This document shows positions 11,250 to 23,940 of a DNA stretch of 64,000 nucleotides, piece by piece (the first letter of the stretch is position 1; every line of letters starts with the position of its first letter). Location of the stretch: NCBI GenBank assembly GCA_046563655.1, contig CM102290.1, positions 10,354,001 to 10,418,000 on the forward strand, given 5' to 3'. This DNA is from Yuukianura sp. NJ FZ-2021. Lineage: Eukaryota. The notes under the pieces were generated by a model. That model worked only from the letters and a program-made list of their open reading frames with translations. It searched no databases and was not told where the DNA came from. Position numbers and translations under genes: made by a program.

Positions 11250-14200
11250 AGCTTTCACCATTACCGCTGATCCAGAAAAGAAAACCAAATTGCCATGACT
11301 ATGCCACCAAATCCATTTTGACTTGCCTAGCGAATCTTTTTTTTTTACTAACTCGACTAATTTCGAACTCTAAGTTTTACGACTTGGCATTGAGTGAATG
11401 CATGTCGTAAGTGGACCTCACCATACCCCTCCCCCGTGGGGAAAGTGTCACGGAAAGACGATGTGTTTGTTTGTGAATGATCGATTTGTCTTCTGATTGG
11501 AGTGGGGAAGGGGGTCTCATGGAAAATAAATGAGTGGATGACTGTTGCTAGGCAACGGACACGGTGCCTGTCCGGGAGAAAGCACGGTGCTTATCCAGGA
11601 AAAAGCAGGAGACTTAATCCCTCTCTGCACAGTTTGTCTCCACGTCAATCTCTCGCTAACGGGATTACCACTGATGAGCAGCCACACTGCCACATCGTGG
11701 TGACCTCACACGCGGATTAACCGCTTTCTCTTCAACCTTCAGTTTGATTTTCCCTTTTCGCATTCGAATTGCGTCTAACAATTTGAAAGTGCAAATCCGA
11801 ATGCGTGGACCAGGCTAAGTCCTCCACCCAAAAGCGCTAACTGGGTCATTCCTTCCATAAATTCTGTCAAAGTCACTTTATGCGAGAAAAGCGCTTCTGC
11901 AAATTGAAGTCACCCGCTGCCCAACGACCGACTCACATGCAAAAATGCAATTTTGAAACGGATCCAAATCGGGCCTTGGCGCTTTCCAAAAACATCCCAA
12001 TCACCGGCGCGCTTTTTCTATCCACGAAATTGAACAAACGCATTTCTCTTAACCCTCTGCCACAACAGCGTTTCAATGCCACATTTATCCCGGAATACAA
12101 AATGTTTGAAACGTTTTATTCAATACTAAAAACGTTATTTCTTGAACATAAAACATTTTTACCAGCTAAAACACTTTCCTTCAACATACCAGGCTGAAAA
12201 CCTTGTAAACTTTACATTAAAGCACACAACCGCGAGATTTAAAACGCTAACGTAGAAAATTTATCGACGTTTGTTTAAAACCAAAAAAAAACCCGGACCT
12301 CCGTTTTTTCGTTAAAATCCAAAACATTTTTTCAGCAAAACCTAAAAAGCTTTCTTTTATCTAACCAAAAAACGTTTTATTGAATCCTGAAATGTTTTTT
12401 TCTGAATTCAAAAACGTTTCATCCAAACCCTAAAAACGCCATTTTCCGAATGTAAAAAAAGTTCTATAACCTAAAAATTTTCTAAAAATGTTCCATATGC
12501 CATAGTTAAACGTCATAAAATTCTTAGACTTAACAAGTAGAATTACCTGAACAGGATTAACAAAATGAGCTAATTGGAATGATAGTACAGCTGGTGGAGC
12601 TGGTTGGTGGGGACATGAGCCACCGGAACTATTTTCCCGTTTCAATGTTCAACTAATTTTTTTTTGCACTGTTCCACCTGAACTCTTCTTTTGTGTCTAG
12701 TGGTACAGGATCAGTTGAGTCAACACCAAAATTTGAACTGAAGTTCGAAAGTGTTGAGAAGACAGTGGAGAAAGTGGGGAAAGTGTTCGTGCCCACTCGG
12801 TCACCATCCATCTGATGCCGAAGTCTCACTTTTCCCCGACTTTCTCTCAAACTACTCAAAAGTTGACGCCAGCCTTTCTCCCATAGCTTTCCCTCTTACT
12901 AACCCTGATCTCTCTCATCTGGTATTCTGGTACAGGTACTCTATAGATTCTGGTACAAATCTGGTACAGGTCAAACGGAAAATGTTAAGTATTAAGCAAA
13001 AGCCGGAGGTGACATTTTGAATATGAACTTCAGAGGTCATTGACTTTTTCCGTTGTAATACTATATTGGTCTGAAAAGTAAGTTTTTTTTATTTCTGAAA
13101 AGTAATTGAATCTCTTTGTTCGGAGTCTGAAGTGAAATATACTTTGGTTAAGTTTGTTACTTGGGTCATTAACCTCTCCTGAGCAGATTGACATCCAGAG
13201 CAAGTGGCTGTTTGTGCAACTGCAGAGTGAATGAATGCTGTTGCTTAAGTGAATATGTGAATTGAAGCACATGACTCAATGCACTAATAACTCTAAGCTA
13301 ATTGACGCACACGATCATCATCTTTCCGCAACGCTTCACCCGTTCTGCTTAGCCTGATCCCACTTCCTCGTCCAACCTTTTGAAAAAAACAATTCCGGAA
13401 TCCACTTTCAAAACGGCCAAGGAATTTTGAAACCAGACAGACATGACCGAATTTTTAAATTTAGGCAAAAGTTTGAAATCAAATAGGGCAAAAGGCGTTT
13501 AGGCAGCTCCAGTTACAATTTGCACTAGAAACAAATACAGAAAACGAATGACCTCCATTTGACCTCTATTCACCTCAAACAACAGGGGAAACAGCTGCTG
13601 GGAAGAAATTGACAGACCGTCCATCATCACAGAAAAATACATTATGTTTTTCGTGTCTTGCAAGCAAAAAAAAAACAATTCTTTGTGTTACGTGGAGCAT
13701 TTGGTTAGCATATTTTTAGTTTTTGAGTTTGGCCTAAACTGGATTGCACTTCGCCAAAAAGCATAATGTTGCGCTCCTTTTCCTTAGCATGATTTTCAAA
13801 TTTACAAAGGTTCCAATTAGATGCTAAGAATCTTTGGAAAATTTTGCGCAATATGAAACCTTAGCTCAATTTGTAAACAAAGTTTTGAATGACTCGAAGC
13901 TCCACCCACGCACTCCTTTAATTCGAACTCCCGTTACGCCTTGCCTGTTCAAATTAAATTTGCAACGTGAAAATTGAATTTGCGACTTTCAGCAAATTGG
14001 GTTCCTTCCGCAGTGGGGTCAGTCGAGTGAATATTTGAAGAGTAAATGGGCAGTGACCAACCACTGGGACAGGAGTGGAACAAAAATAATTTTTGCACAC
14101 CATCATATAATTAGCACAAAACTTGAAGTTCGGAAACATGATGCAATTGACACACAAAAACATCCCGCGGAGATCTAGAAAATCGAACCTAAATTGCGAA

Positions 14201-16855
14201 ATCTGAAACTCGAAAATTCCCAATTCGATTCCATCGTTTCCCAAATGACGCTGACTTGCAATTGTGCAACTTTTGTATGCAAGAGAAAGATGTTGTTTCT
14301 AAATTGTCTTCTATTGTTATTGGCACAAAACTAATTGTCAGTTTACTTCAAGTGTCAAAAATTGACACCTCCATAACACCTATTCACTCTAAAGTCATTA
14401 GTCCACTTTATGTACACTTTCCAAAACAAACATCTTTGAAAATATAAAAAAAAAACTGTAGAAAAAACTGAACACATCAGAAACTTTCGAAACAAAATTC
14501 CAAATATCCTAAACGCCAACGCCATTAGCTGTTTTTCAAAAAAAAAATAATTCAAACAAAACAAAATTTCTCACCATTTGTAAAAATTAAATGAGTCGTT
14601 GACGCTTACAAATCGAAATCATGTTGACCGGTTCACTTGCACCAAACACAATTACAAAAATTCAAAATTGGGTGAAATTAAAATTAGCGAAATTTTTAGA
14701 CGTTGCAATTTTTTTTGGCCGAAGTGTTGTTTTGACGGTGGATGTGTGTTGGTGTTTGTGACGGGATAGTTGGACTCAGAGTGGCGTTGACGCCTCCTCA
14801 CTGCAGATCCTTTGCCTTCTGAATGTGTCTGCCCATGCATGCAAAATCCTTCGCAGATTCTGAATTGTCATTTGCACTATACCTATTTCCACAGATCTCA
14901 TTTCCGCCTATCGATTTCCGCTCCATTGACGCCTCTCCGAAATTTAAAAAACCATTAAAATCATTCCGCCCCCAAAATTTTAACCCAAAATTTCTGCACG
15001 CTGGAAAGAGCTCCAAAAAATTGCAAATGATGAATTTGCTAAAGAAAAAACGTTCATTTTTGGGCCTAAAAATACTATTTTGGGTAAAACAATTTCTCGT
15101 AAAAGAGAGTAATGTAAATTTTTTGCAAAACGTAACTTGATTCTCTCAAATTCGCCAAAAAATTCAACCCAAAAACATTTCCAAAGCATTCCAGAGTTTC
15201 AGAAACAAATTGCAACAATTTTGTCAGTAAAGATTGCACCCTTGGACCTAAAAATAAAAATGATGTATTGTGTACAGACAAAAAATTCCCTAAAAATTTT
15301 AGTTTGGGAGTCAGGGCTAGGAATTTTTGCAAAACGAAATGTGCTTTTGTCGCTTCATTTGCCAAAAATTCACCGACGAACTTTGTGCAAATTTTTGCAT
15401 GTGGAAAACCACAAAGCCAAACATCATCATCATCACCAAGGATTCTGAGTCGCTGGAGCGGATGACGACAAGTGAGAAGATTCGAACCAGAAGGGAGACT
15501 AAAAGAAAGCGGATCAACGGAATATTGACATCAACTCCTGTGCCAATTTTTTTCTGCAAAAAATCATGCTCCACACATTCTTCAATCTTAGCCCATGTGT
15601 AAGGATGTGCAAAAAACTGCAATTTAAAAAAAACGTAATGTTTTTGCAAACCAAAGATTTTTTTTGCGGTTTCTTCCTCCTTGCAAAAATAGAATGTCGT
15701 CCATTGACATTCCATAGCGGGAGCAGCAGAGCATTTCAAATTGGTCTAATCTTTAAAGTTAATCAAACTTCCGTCATTCAAAATTTGCACTGTAAGAAAG
15801 ATTCTTGTTGCGTAACGAAGATTCCCAGAAAAAGAATTTCTTGGAAAGTAGTACAAGGTTTTGGGAATGGAAAAGGTCAAGGATCATGGGATCTCTTTTG
15901 TCATTTGTCACCAACTTCCGAATAGAACAGATTCAAACTACAACAGGATGTGATATTTCTCTGCTTAGAGAAGTTTCGCAATTTATGCAATGAATTTTGC
16001 ACATTGCGAAAATAAGTAATTCAAGTCCCTAGAGCCAGAAAATGAGTTTTATCAAGTTGACACTCATGAACCCCTTATCAATTCCTACACTAGAGTTACC
16101 CCAACTTTTCGCAATTTGACATTTTACCCTCCTTGCCTCGGGTTCTTAACGACTCATCAACAAAAATATGACTTTTGACTTGTGCAAAAATTTTCAAAAC
16201 AAAAAATTTCCCTTTTGGTACAATTTGCGTAACAGAGTTAATTGCCACGAATATGTTGCAAAGTTTGGCACACTTCGGAGTACCATCAGTAAACTTTTTC
16301 AGCGTACTACGTATAGAATCCAAATCCATTTCAATTTCCATTTTCGAGTGCCATAGCAAGCAAGATTACCAGTAAGTAGTCAAAAATTAAAAAAAAACTG
16401 CGATTGTATTAATGTTGTTGTCATAAAAGACGAATTTGATCAACGGATTCTTTGTGCACTTATTTCTATAATCCTACAGAAATAGGTTTTTAGTTTGTCA
16501 ATGCTACTAACTCTTCATAAAATAACTCTTCATATCATAATATATTCTTTTTAATTTCGCGTATTCCAGGATAGACGACCAAGCCAAATGAGTGTTTTGA
16601 CGTTGGATTGATTTCGCACTGTTCAGTGTATCCACTCCAACCTGGAAATTTTAAACAATAGGGAACACTGAAAATAATAGATAAATAGTTAATTGTAAAA
16701 TATTTTCTGCATAGTTTGTATTTATAATTATTACTGTTTGAATTTTGTAACCTGCCTAAAATTTGAAATTGCTTCTCGTTGTTCTAAGAATCACATCAAT
16801 ATTGTTCGTTTCTTTCGAGAGTATCGCCAAACAACATTTTTATTTTAAGTATTGT

Positions 16856-18850
16856 TTACTCAAAAGAATTTTGTTTTGATACAATTTTGTTTAATTGTAG
16901 TATTCTTTTCAAAAAAATTTGGTTTAAAAATTCCTTAAACTTGTAAGCTAGTAATTTGTGTAAGGCCAACTCGAAGATGAAAATCACTGAGGCCAAGACT
17001 GAACCGATGACAAGAATAGACCCTGTGCCTAAATTTGCTTGAAGGTCAAGTGCTCTGGGCAAGTTAGCGTAACCTTTGAACGCTTTAACAATAAGGTCAT
17101 TGGCCCCGAAATTCGGATTTTCACTTAACCACTTTGACCCCTCCCGTCTGCTCTGCAAACCATCATCCCCCAACCATTTTTGATACATTCCAGACGCAAT
17201 TACTTTCAAAACAAATGAATCAAGCGGGGGTCGCAGAGGTGACCCCTTGCGGTACACCCACCCCAAAATCGTTTTTAAAACAAAATGCTCCGACTTGACT
17301 AAGATCCCCCTCGACTCATGCGCATTGAGCGTCACATTTGTAGCTACAGCATAGTCAGCATTTGTTTCCCAGTCAAGACAGGCAGAGTTTGGCGTCAAAA
17401 AGGCTGCGATGATACAATCTTGTGAGTTATTGATCAGGAGAGATTTACTAAAAATTGCTTTTTGAACTGGATCTTTAGATTGACGTGTAAAATGGTATGC
17501 AATTCCCCCGTAATTTCGAAAGAACAGTTTGTAGTTTTGAGTAATCAGCTCGGCGTGAGTCGTCGGTTGATCTCCAACGTGTACAAATGTTAAAGCGTAG
17601 ATGAGACGAGAGCGATATCCGGCTGTAAGGATTAATCCAGCCAAAATCCACAAAATTGTTAACGCGCGAATTCGGAATCCTATCCAAAATCTTGAATCTG
17701 GTGAAGCTTGTTCTACAGTAATCGCTGTGATGAAGGTTATAACAACTCTGAGGACTGAAAATCGTTCCACCTTAGGTGCGGAATGTTTAAACTGGAAGCA
17801 CAGAGCTGCAAAGTAAACTGGAGTTAGCGCCAATGCAGAAAGGAAAATTAAGAGCCAAAGCCGTAGTCGAAATGGGCGGAAAATCGCTTCCCAGGAAATT
17901 GTTGGCGGGAGATTTCGAATGTAAAAGACGCGTCGTGACTCTGCCATGGCAACACCATTGTCCACGACGCCATCTCGCGTTGACGTTATGCCCATTCCGA
18001 CGCCGATGTCAGCGTCACGGTTAAAAACTTCACCAACGGCTCCGTACCATCTTCCATCTTTTTTGAACCCAGTGGCCCCATTGTTATTGGCATATTTGAG
18101 CGTAAACGAAAAGTTGAATTTTTGAGCCGCTCCTCGCAACGTTTCAAAGTAAATTCCACCAGCTTCAGCATGCGTCTGTGCAGAAGTTTCTTCAAACCTG
18201 ATCAATCCTTTTCCCATGACTGCACTGACTCTCAATACTCTTCCAGAGAGAATGGCATTGGCCGAAGGTTGTTGGAATGTGAATGTGACGACGGACTCTG
18301 CTTTGTCATGACCGATGACGACGTAGTGCTTGAAGCGTATTTCGTGAGGAAATGGAGTGGCTTGCAACAGATTCAGACTGCGACTGCTTCCGATAAAGAA
18401 AAAATGGTCTTTGGCTGGATTCGCGAATTTTTGAAAATGGAGCCACTGTGCCTGCGCAGTCAGTGTCGTGAAACGGTTTTTATGCCCAAAAATTAGAATA
18501 GCGTGACATTGACGAGTGTGCCGCAGTAGGAAATTGTGAAATGGAGCCAAAAGCTCTGTTTCATTTAGCTCCCATTGCTGTTGCTCGTCCCAGTTGTAAA
18601 ATTGTGAATTTTCGCGGGAATTTTTGAAATTTAAAATGTTGGCTACCAGAGATTGATTCTCAATGTCCAGTTCACTTGCAATTTCTTCCACTTCGTCACT
18701 TGAGTAAATCCAAGTTTGGCAGAACTCGCGTTGCTTTAATTGTCCAAAAACGTAGGTTGCTACGTCAGTATTTTTCGACAAGGTCAACTGTAGTCCAAAA
18801 ATTAAGACCGTCTGGAAGAGAACTACCGATCCAGCCATGTCGCTATGCAT
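16856..18850 (-). CDS. Divergent ionotropic receptor (IR, variant iGluR chemoreceptor), intronless, 664 aa
   Basis: Single uninterrupted ORF with an N-terminal hydrophobic leader, S1 lobe GRWYGAVGEVFNRDADIG...TSTR, WEAIFRPFRLRLW before M1, pore-region TVEQ, M3 WILAGLILTAGYRSRL, S2 ending SGMYQKW and a C-terminal M4 (GSILVIGSVLASVIFIFE). Confidence 0.9.
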   Translation of the reverse strand: MHSDMAGSVVLFQTVLIFGLQLTLSKNTDVATYVFGQLKQREFCQTWIYSSDEVEEIASELDIENQSLVANILNFKNSRENSQFYNWDEQQQWELNETELLAPFHNFLLRHTRQCHAILIFGHKNRFTTLTAQAQWLHFQKFANPAKDHFFFIGSSRSLNLLQATPFPHEIRFKHYVVIGHDKAESVVTFTFQQPSANAILSGRVLRVSAVMGKGLIRFEETSAQTHAEAGGIYFETLRGAAQKFNFSFTLKYANNNGATGFKKDGRWYGAVGEVFNRDADIGVGMGITSTRDGVVDNGVAMAESRRVFYIRNLPPTISWEAIFRPFRLRLWLLIFLSALALTPVYFAALCFQFKHSAPKVERFSVLRVVITFITAITVEQASPDSRFWIGFRIRALTILWILAGLILTAGYRSRLIYALTFVHVGDQPTTHAELITQNYKLFFRNYGGIAYHFTRQSKDPVQKAIFSKSLLINNSQDCIIAAFLTPNSACLDWETNADYAVATNVTLNAHESRGILVKSEHFVLKTILGWVYRKGSPLRPPLDSFVLKVIASGMYQKWLGDDGLQSRREGSKWLSENPNFGANDLIVKAFKGYANLPRALDLQANLGTGSILVIGSVLASVIFIFELALHKLLAYKFKEFLNQIFLKRILQLNKIVSKQNSFE

Positions 18851-19955
18851 TTGACCTTTGACCTTTAGTTTCTTCGAATTTTGTCGAACTTACGAACTTA
18901 TCAAATTTGGCTCAAGTTTGGTCAAACTTGTTTCAAATCCAAATAATATTTTGGATAAATCGGATGTTATCCTTTTTTGGTGGCTCAGAAAACATTAGTG
19001 AGGTGGAAATTCAAGAATAATATTGGTGGAAGTTAAGTGTTTGAGTAGATGGAATTTGTCTTTGTCAGAATTTGACATGATTCAGTTTGGGCGTGCTATT
19101 TTTCGTGTTGAAGGCATTAGGAGAATTAAAAACTTATAGAAACGTCATTTGACCTGTCACAATCACTCTTCTTCATCCATTTACTCAAATCACCAATGGT
19201 CATAGTCAAGGTCACAGCATTGCGCATTGACATAGTCGATGTTCTTGTACAAAATCATGTTTTCGTGCAATTGAACTCCAAAAAAAGTATTCAAAAAATA
19301 TGAAGAAAAGTTTGGACAAAATTGCAACTTTTTGTAAAATTTGCACAACTTAGCATACAGATTCCGGAATGCTTATGGACAGCAGCTTATGGTCCATATG
19401 ATGCACACTTATGGATGGACCCTTACGGAGTGTCAAGTATGGACATAAGTGTCCCTCCATAAGTGTATTAGTCATAATAAGTGGCTGTACATGAGGATCC
19501 TGCCACGAGCATACTTATATCGTATATATTTACATGTACTCATAACGTTATATATTTCAGATTACAATTTTTTTTATATATTTTCATAAGTTATATGCCT
19601 TACGTTTTCCTGTACCTAATGCTCTGGACGTTGAACTTTGTTCTAAGAATATAAATGAGCATGTTTGGGACAAATAGGATGTAGGTTCTGATATGCCTTT
19701 TAACTTAGGCTTTAACTTAACTTTTATCACTCCGGAAGGTCATCGGTCCTGTTGACATTTTGTACTTCAGTTCAGCTGCGCAATTTCGCTCGCAAAACTT
19801 AAAAGTTCATACGTCTACTTTTTCTAAGTTTAGGTTTTACGTTTTTTATTAAAAGTTTTTGATAAAACGCATTTTGTTGTTGGCTCGTGTTGCAGTAGAG
19901 TGGCACTCTAGACATAGACACCATCTTGAAGAAACAAAAAGTTAGGTTAGGCAGG

Positions 19956-22900
19956 ATGAAACTGATCGGATGCAGCAGCGTCATTGTCGTGCTGCTCGTG
20001 ACTTTGACCTCCAAGGTCACCACGCGCAGATTAGTGGTCCTTGACGAAAGTAGAAGAGATTCACCTGGAATGCAAACAGACAGCAAATACTGCGTAGCAC
20101 CAGTGACCTCTGACCTGCCCGACTGCAAAGTCAGTTTCCGCGAGGATTCAGGATGGACGAACCAGTTCAACGCCACTTGCATCCGACCCAACGTTTTCCT
20201 AGTCAACTATGACAGGTTTAACTTTATTGTTGCGATTACTTTAAATCTTTGAACACTCATGACGAAAAATGTTGTATTTGTCGATTCTAATTTGTTTACG
20301 ACAGACCGTCAAAACAAAGTGGGAGCTCGGTTGACGCACGGCGCGTCTACGCACTGCCAACAGACGATAGTTCCCCTCCGCCGTACGTCCGTTTCACCTG
20401 TGTAGCAACTTTTCCAATCGACTTTGCATTTGAAGGAAACGGAGTAGGTTGAAATTTAAATTTTTTTTGAAGATTTCAAAATTTTGAAAACGTAATTTTG
20501 ATGTGTTAGGCTATTGAATTTCTACGAGTATGGAAGTCAGTTTCGTACGTGAATGGAACGGATACGTTTGATCGTCAGACGCTGAACGTAGAGCTGCTCG
20601 CTACGCCCTCTGCGACGGGACGCTTCGTTTTCTATTCTATTGAAACTCCGACACACGAAACTTCCTTCTTTATCTTTGCTGAACGTAAAACCTTAAAATA
20701 ACAAAGCAATTAATTAATTAATGTATAAAAAGTATTAGTATATTATTCTGAATATAGCTCCCGAAAGTCCGTTTCTGGTAACACCAGGTCAAGCTGCCAA
20801 GGCGTTGACTGGCAAGTACGACTCAGCTAGTAGTGTTACGAACATTCCTTGTATCGTCTCCAACAGAGTTGCCAAAGTTGAACTATTTGAATTAACCGGG
20901 GTGATTAAAAACACGCAATAATGAATTTAAAATCTATTGCCATAAAATTTTGACATATTTTTTCATAGAGTAATTGGACTTTACTTGGAAGTTCAGATCA
21001 AAATACTACGCATATGGAGTACACACCAGAAACTGGATTTACTTTCACTCATGTTGTTCCAGTTGAAACTACACAATTAAATTTCCAGTGTCGTGAGGGC
21101 AGCGTCAGCGCTTTGAATTTTACAGTTTCAGTGCGAAACTCCTCAGCAGCGTCTCAAAACAGTTCAGTATCAACTGCGACTGCGCTGAGAATTTTTGTGA
21201 CCACTGCTGCTTCTTGTAGTGGACCAGAAGGCGAAGGGCCGCTCAGCTTCTTCAACGTTTTTGTAAGAAATCCTACGGAGGCCAATGTCGTCTCAGAGTG
21301 TCTCCTCCGGGTAACTTTCAAATTTTGAAAGAAGTATTTCCAAAATGAAATTCAGTTTTGGAAATTCCGGATTTTGAAAATTTGTAGGGAGTTAGAAACT
21401 GCGGAATGGACACTATTTATCACAAGAGGTACGATGGGACGCCGTGTGAATTTGCAACATGTGCTACTATCCCCGCGTCCCAGCTTCATCGTGAAGGACT
21501 TCTCGTTTGTATGGGAAAAACAATGTCTTCAACAGTGAACTACTTCAAGGGCTTCGACGGACTAACATGTAATTTCAAAATAAAAAAGAAAATCAATGCT
21601 TGAAATTTTAATTTAAAATTTGATTTCAGACACTGATACCGCACAGGCTCCAGCCTCTGCTCTGTTGAAGGTCAAAGTGACCCAGTCGGGGTCATCGACT
21701 TTCTCTAATCCGTCTCCCACTGAACTTGTGACAGGAGTCAGGTACAGTGTGGCTGACTTTTTTTTTTCAAATTTTTTAACTTATGATGCTTTGAATCTCA
21801 ACTTGCTTTAAATCTGACCCCGGTCAGGTACGAGGTCAAGTGCAACAGCGTGGAGTTTCCATTTGTCAAGGAATCGCAACTGCTCTTTGTCAAGTACAGA
21901 AACGGAAGTCAAGAACTCTTGGCGGGTACAAGTTTAAGTGAAAACTGATTCATATTGACTAATTAGTTTGATGATTAATGAACATTTGACGTAGAATTGG
22001 TTTGGTGGAAGGCTGGGATTGAGTTGTACTTGACACCGGACATGATAGAGCTTGAATGCAAAGATCGTCATTGGACGAATAATGCCTTCTTCAACTCATC
22101 TACTCCAATCAATGTCACAGGTTTCACCAAATTTTGAATAAAAAAAAATAGTTTTTGAATAATTTTTCACAAAATTTTATGAAAATTTGAAAAAAATTTT
22201 TTTTAGACAAGCCGTGTACTAATGATCAGTTCCGCTGTAAATCTGGACAATGTATACGTGACACATGGCGATGTGATGGAGACAACGGTAAGTTTTTTAC
22301 ATAAGATCTTAATATAAAATTGCTTAAAAATAAGATTCATTTAACTTTATGGAAATGTGTTTCTTTCTTTCTAGATTGCGCGGACAGTTCAGGTAATACT
22401 CAACGTTTATACTAAAATCTTGTACACTTCAATGGATTTTCACCTATCAAGAATTAAACTTGCTACTTAAAACTTTTTTTTTTCAGATGAAGCTAATTGC
22501 CACAGTAAGAATAATAGATAGGATTCGGTTTGGTTTTCAACAGTAGAAAGTCTATTGCTGAAACCTGTAGAGTAAGAAAAATCATAATTTTAACTTAACT
22601 TTCTCTTTAGATCATGTATGCAAGCCGGATTTTTTCAAATGCTTAAGTGGTAAGTGCCTATTCGTCAATTAAATTAACATAAATTGTGTTAAAAACTATT
22701 TTTGTTTTAAATTTCGAAGGTCAGTGCATTTCAGTTGAAAAGAAATGCAATAATAAACGAGAATGTCCGGACGGTACTGATGAAAGCTCTGAAACGTGCT
22801 CAAGTAAGAATTTGAAAATTAAACATATTAAAAGAAGTTACATAAAATGTTTAAAGTTTATAATAATAATGTGTTTAGGTGTGATCTGCACTGCTGCTGA

Positions 22901-23940
22901 ATTCAAATGTCAAAGTGGGCAATGGTAAATGAGTCAGAATTTTTCAAACTCTTTTGAATTAGTTATTTCAATTTGAAACTTTTCAATTTAATTTGTTGAT
23001 TCATTTTTTTGTTTCTCTACGTAGTGTGCTTGCCCAATTTTTGTGTGACGGAGACTCCGACTGTGAGTAGATCTTTTTTTGGTCTAAAATTTTTCTGAAA
23101 AACGAAATTGTATTGTCTGGTGTAGGTTATGACAGATCAGATGAGAGTCAGGAGAATTGTGCAAGTAAGGTCAAAGGTTAACTTCAATTTGTTGCAAAAT
23201 TCGTGTTAATTTTTTCAAATCTTGTGCAGAATACTATCCAACGATTGTGAGTTCATATCGGAACGTGACCATCGTAGAAGGCTCTCCAGGCGAATTGATT
23301 TGTGATACTGCCCCACTTCCAGCAAAACTTCAGCCAAGAATTGAGTGGTGGAGACACAACACTGTAAGATCAAAAAGTATTAAATATAAAAATAAAACAC
23401 ATAATAAAATAAATATAATACAAATATTAATTCTTTGACCTGAAGAATATCACTGACATGACCAGACTCTGGAGGAACTTTGATGGATCCAAACTGGCAT
23501 TGAAGTTTTCCGCTGCAAATCCAGTAGATGATGGGGACTACACTTGCTTTGCTGAAAACATGCTGTCCAGGTCATTCTTGACTTTCCGGGTCAAGGTCAT
23601 TCCAAAAGAGTCTATTACCGATACATCCGAAGGCTCAAATGACTTCCCTTGTGACTACGACCTTGACCAGGAAGACTGCATTTCCCGGCTTTGCAAAACA
23701 CATCCTAGGTTGACTTTTTGTCAAAATCAAAGCGATCAACAACTTCTGACTCAAGTATCGACACATACTGGAGTAGTACCAGTGTGGGTCATGTTGCTTG
23801 GGACTTTTTGTATTTTGCTCATCCTCATCCTACCGGCAGTTTACATTTGGCGACACTACAGACCTAACTTACGTCTACCAAGGGGGGCTGTTCGATTCGG
23901 TCAAGAAGATGAAGTCATGATGGACAGAAGTGCCAACTAG
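19956..23940 (+). CDS. Type I membrane protein: signal peptide, several divergent VEGFR/PVR-like Ig-type domains, 3 LDL-receptor class A repeats, Ig domain, TM, short tail; 19 exons, ~855 aa
   Basis: Exons 19956-20215, 20305-20443, 20510-20684, 20758-20900, 20969-21310, 21388-21568, 21630-21741, 21828-21925, 21995-22120, 22207-22287, 22375-22392, 22487-22504, 22611-22649, 22720-22803, 22879-22924, 23025-23062, 23126-23164, 23230-23363 and 23446-23940; total 2568 nt, all phases compatible. LDLa1 is [35 protein letters not shown]. The Ig domain has [19 protein letters not shown] is [23 protein letters not shown]. Confidence 0.85.

Noticed and set aside
12180..12480. Degenerate AAAACG-rich periodic tract; similar decayed tracts at ~1590-1790, 19360-19490, 31970-32200, 41680-41770 and 45530-45760
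   Set aside because: Too decayed to define unit or boundaries by eye; probably old repeat remnants.
14650..16380. Dense overlapping 60-140 aa ORFs on both strands
   Set aside because: AT-rich, K/F/N-biased translations with no motifs; more consistent with promoter/UTR sequence and repeat remnants.
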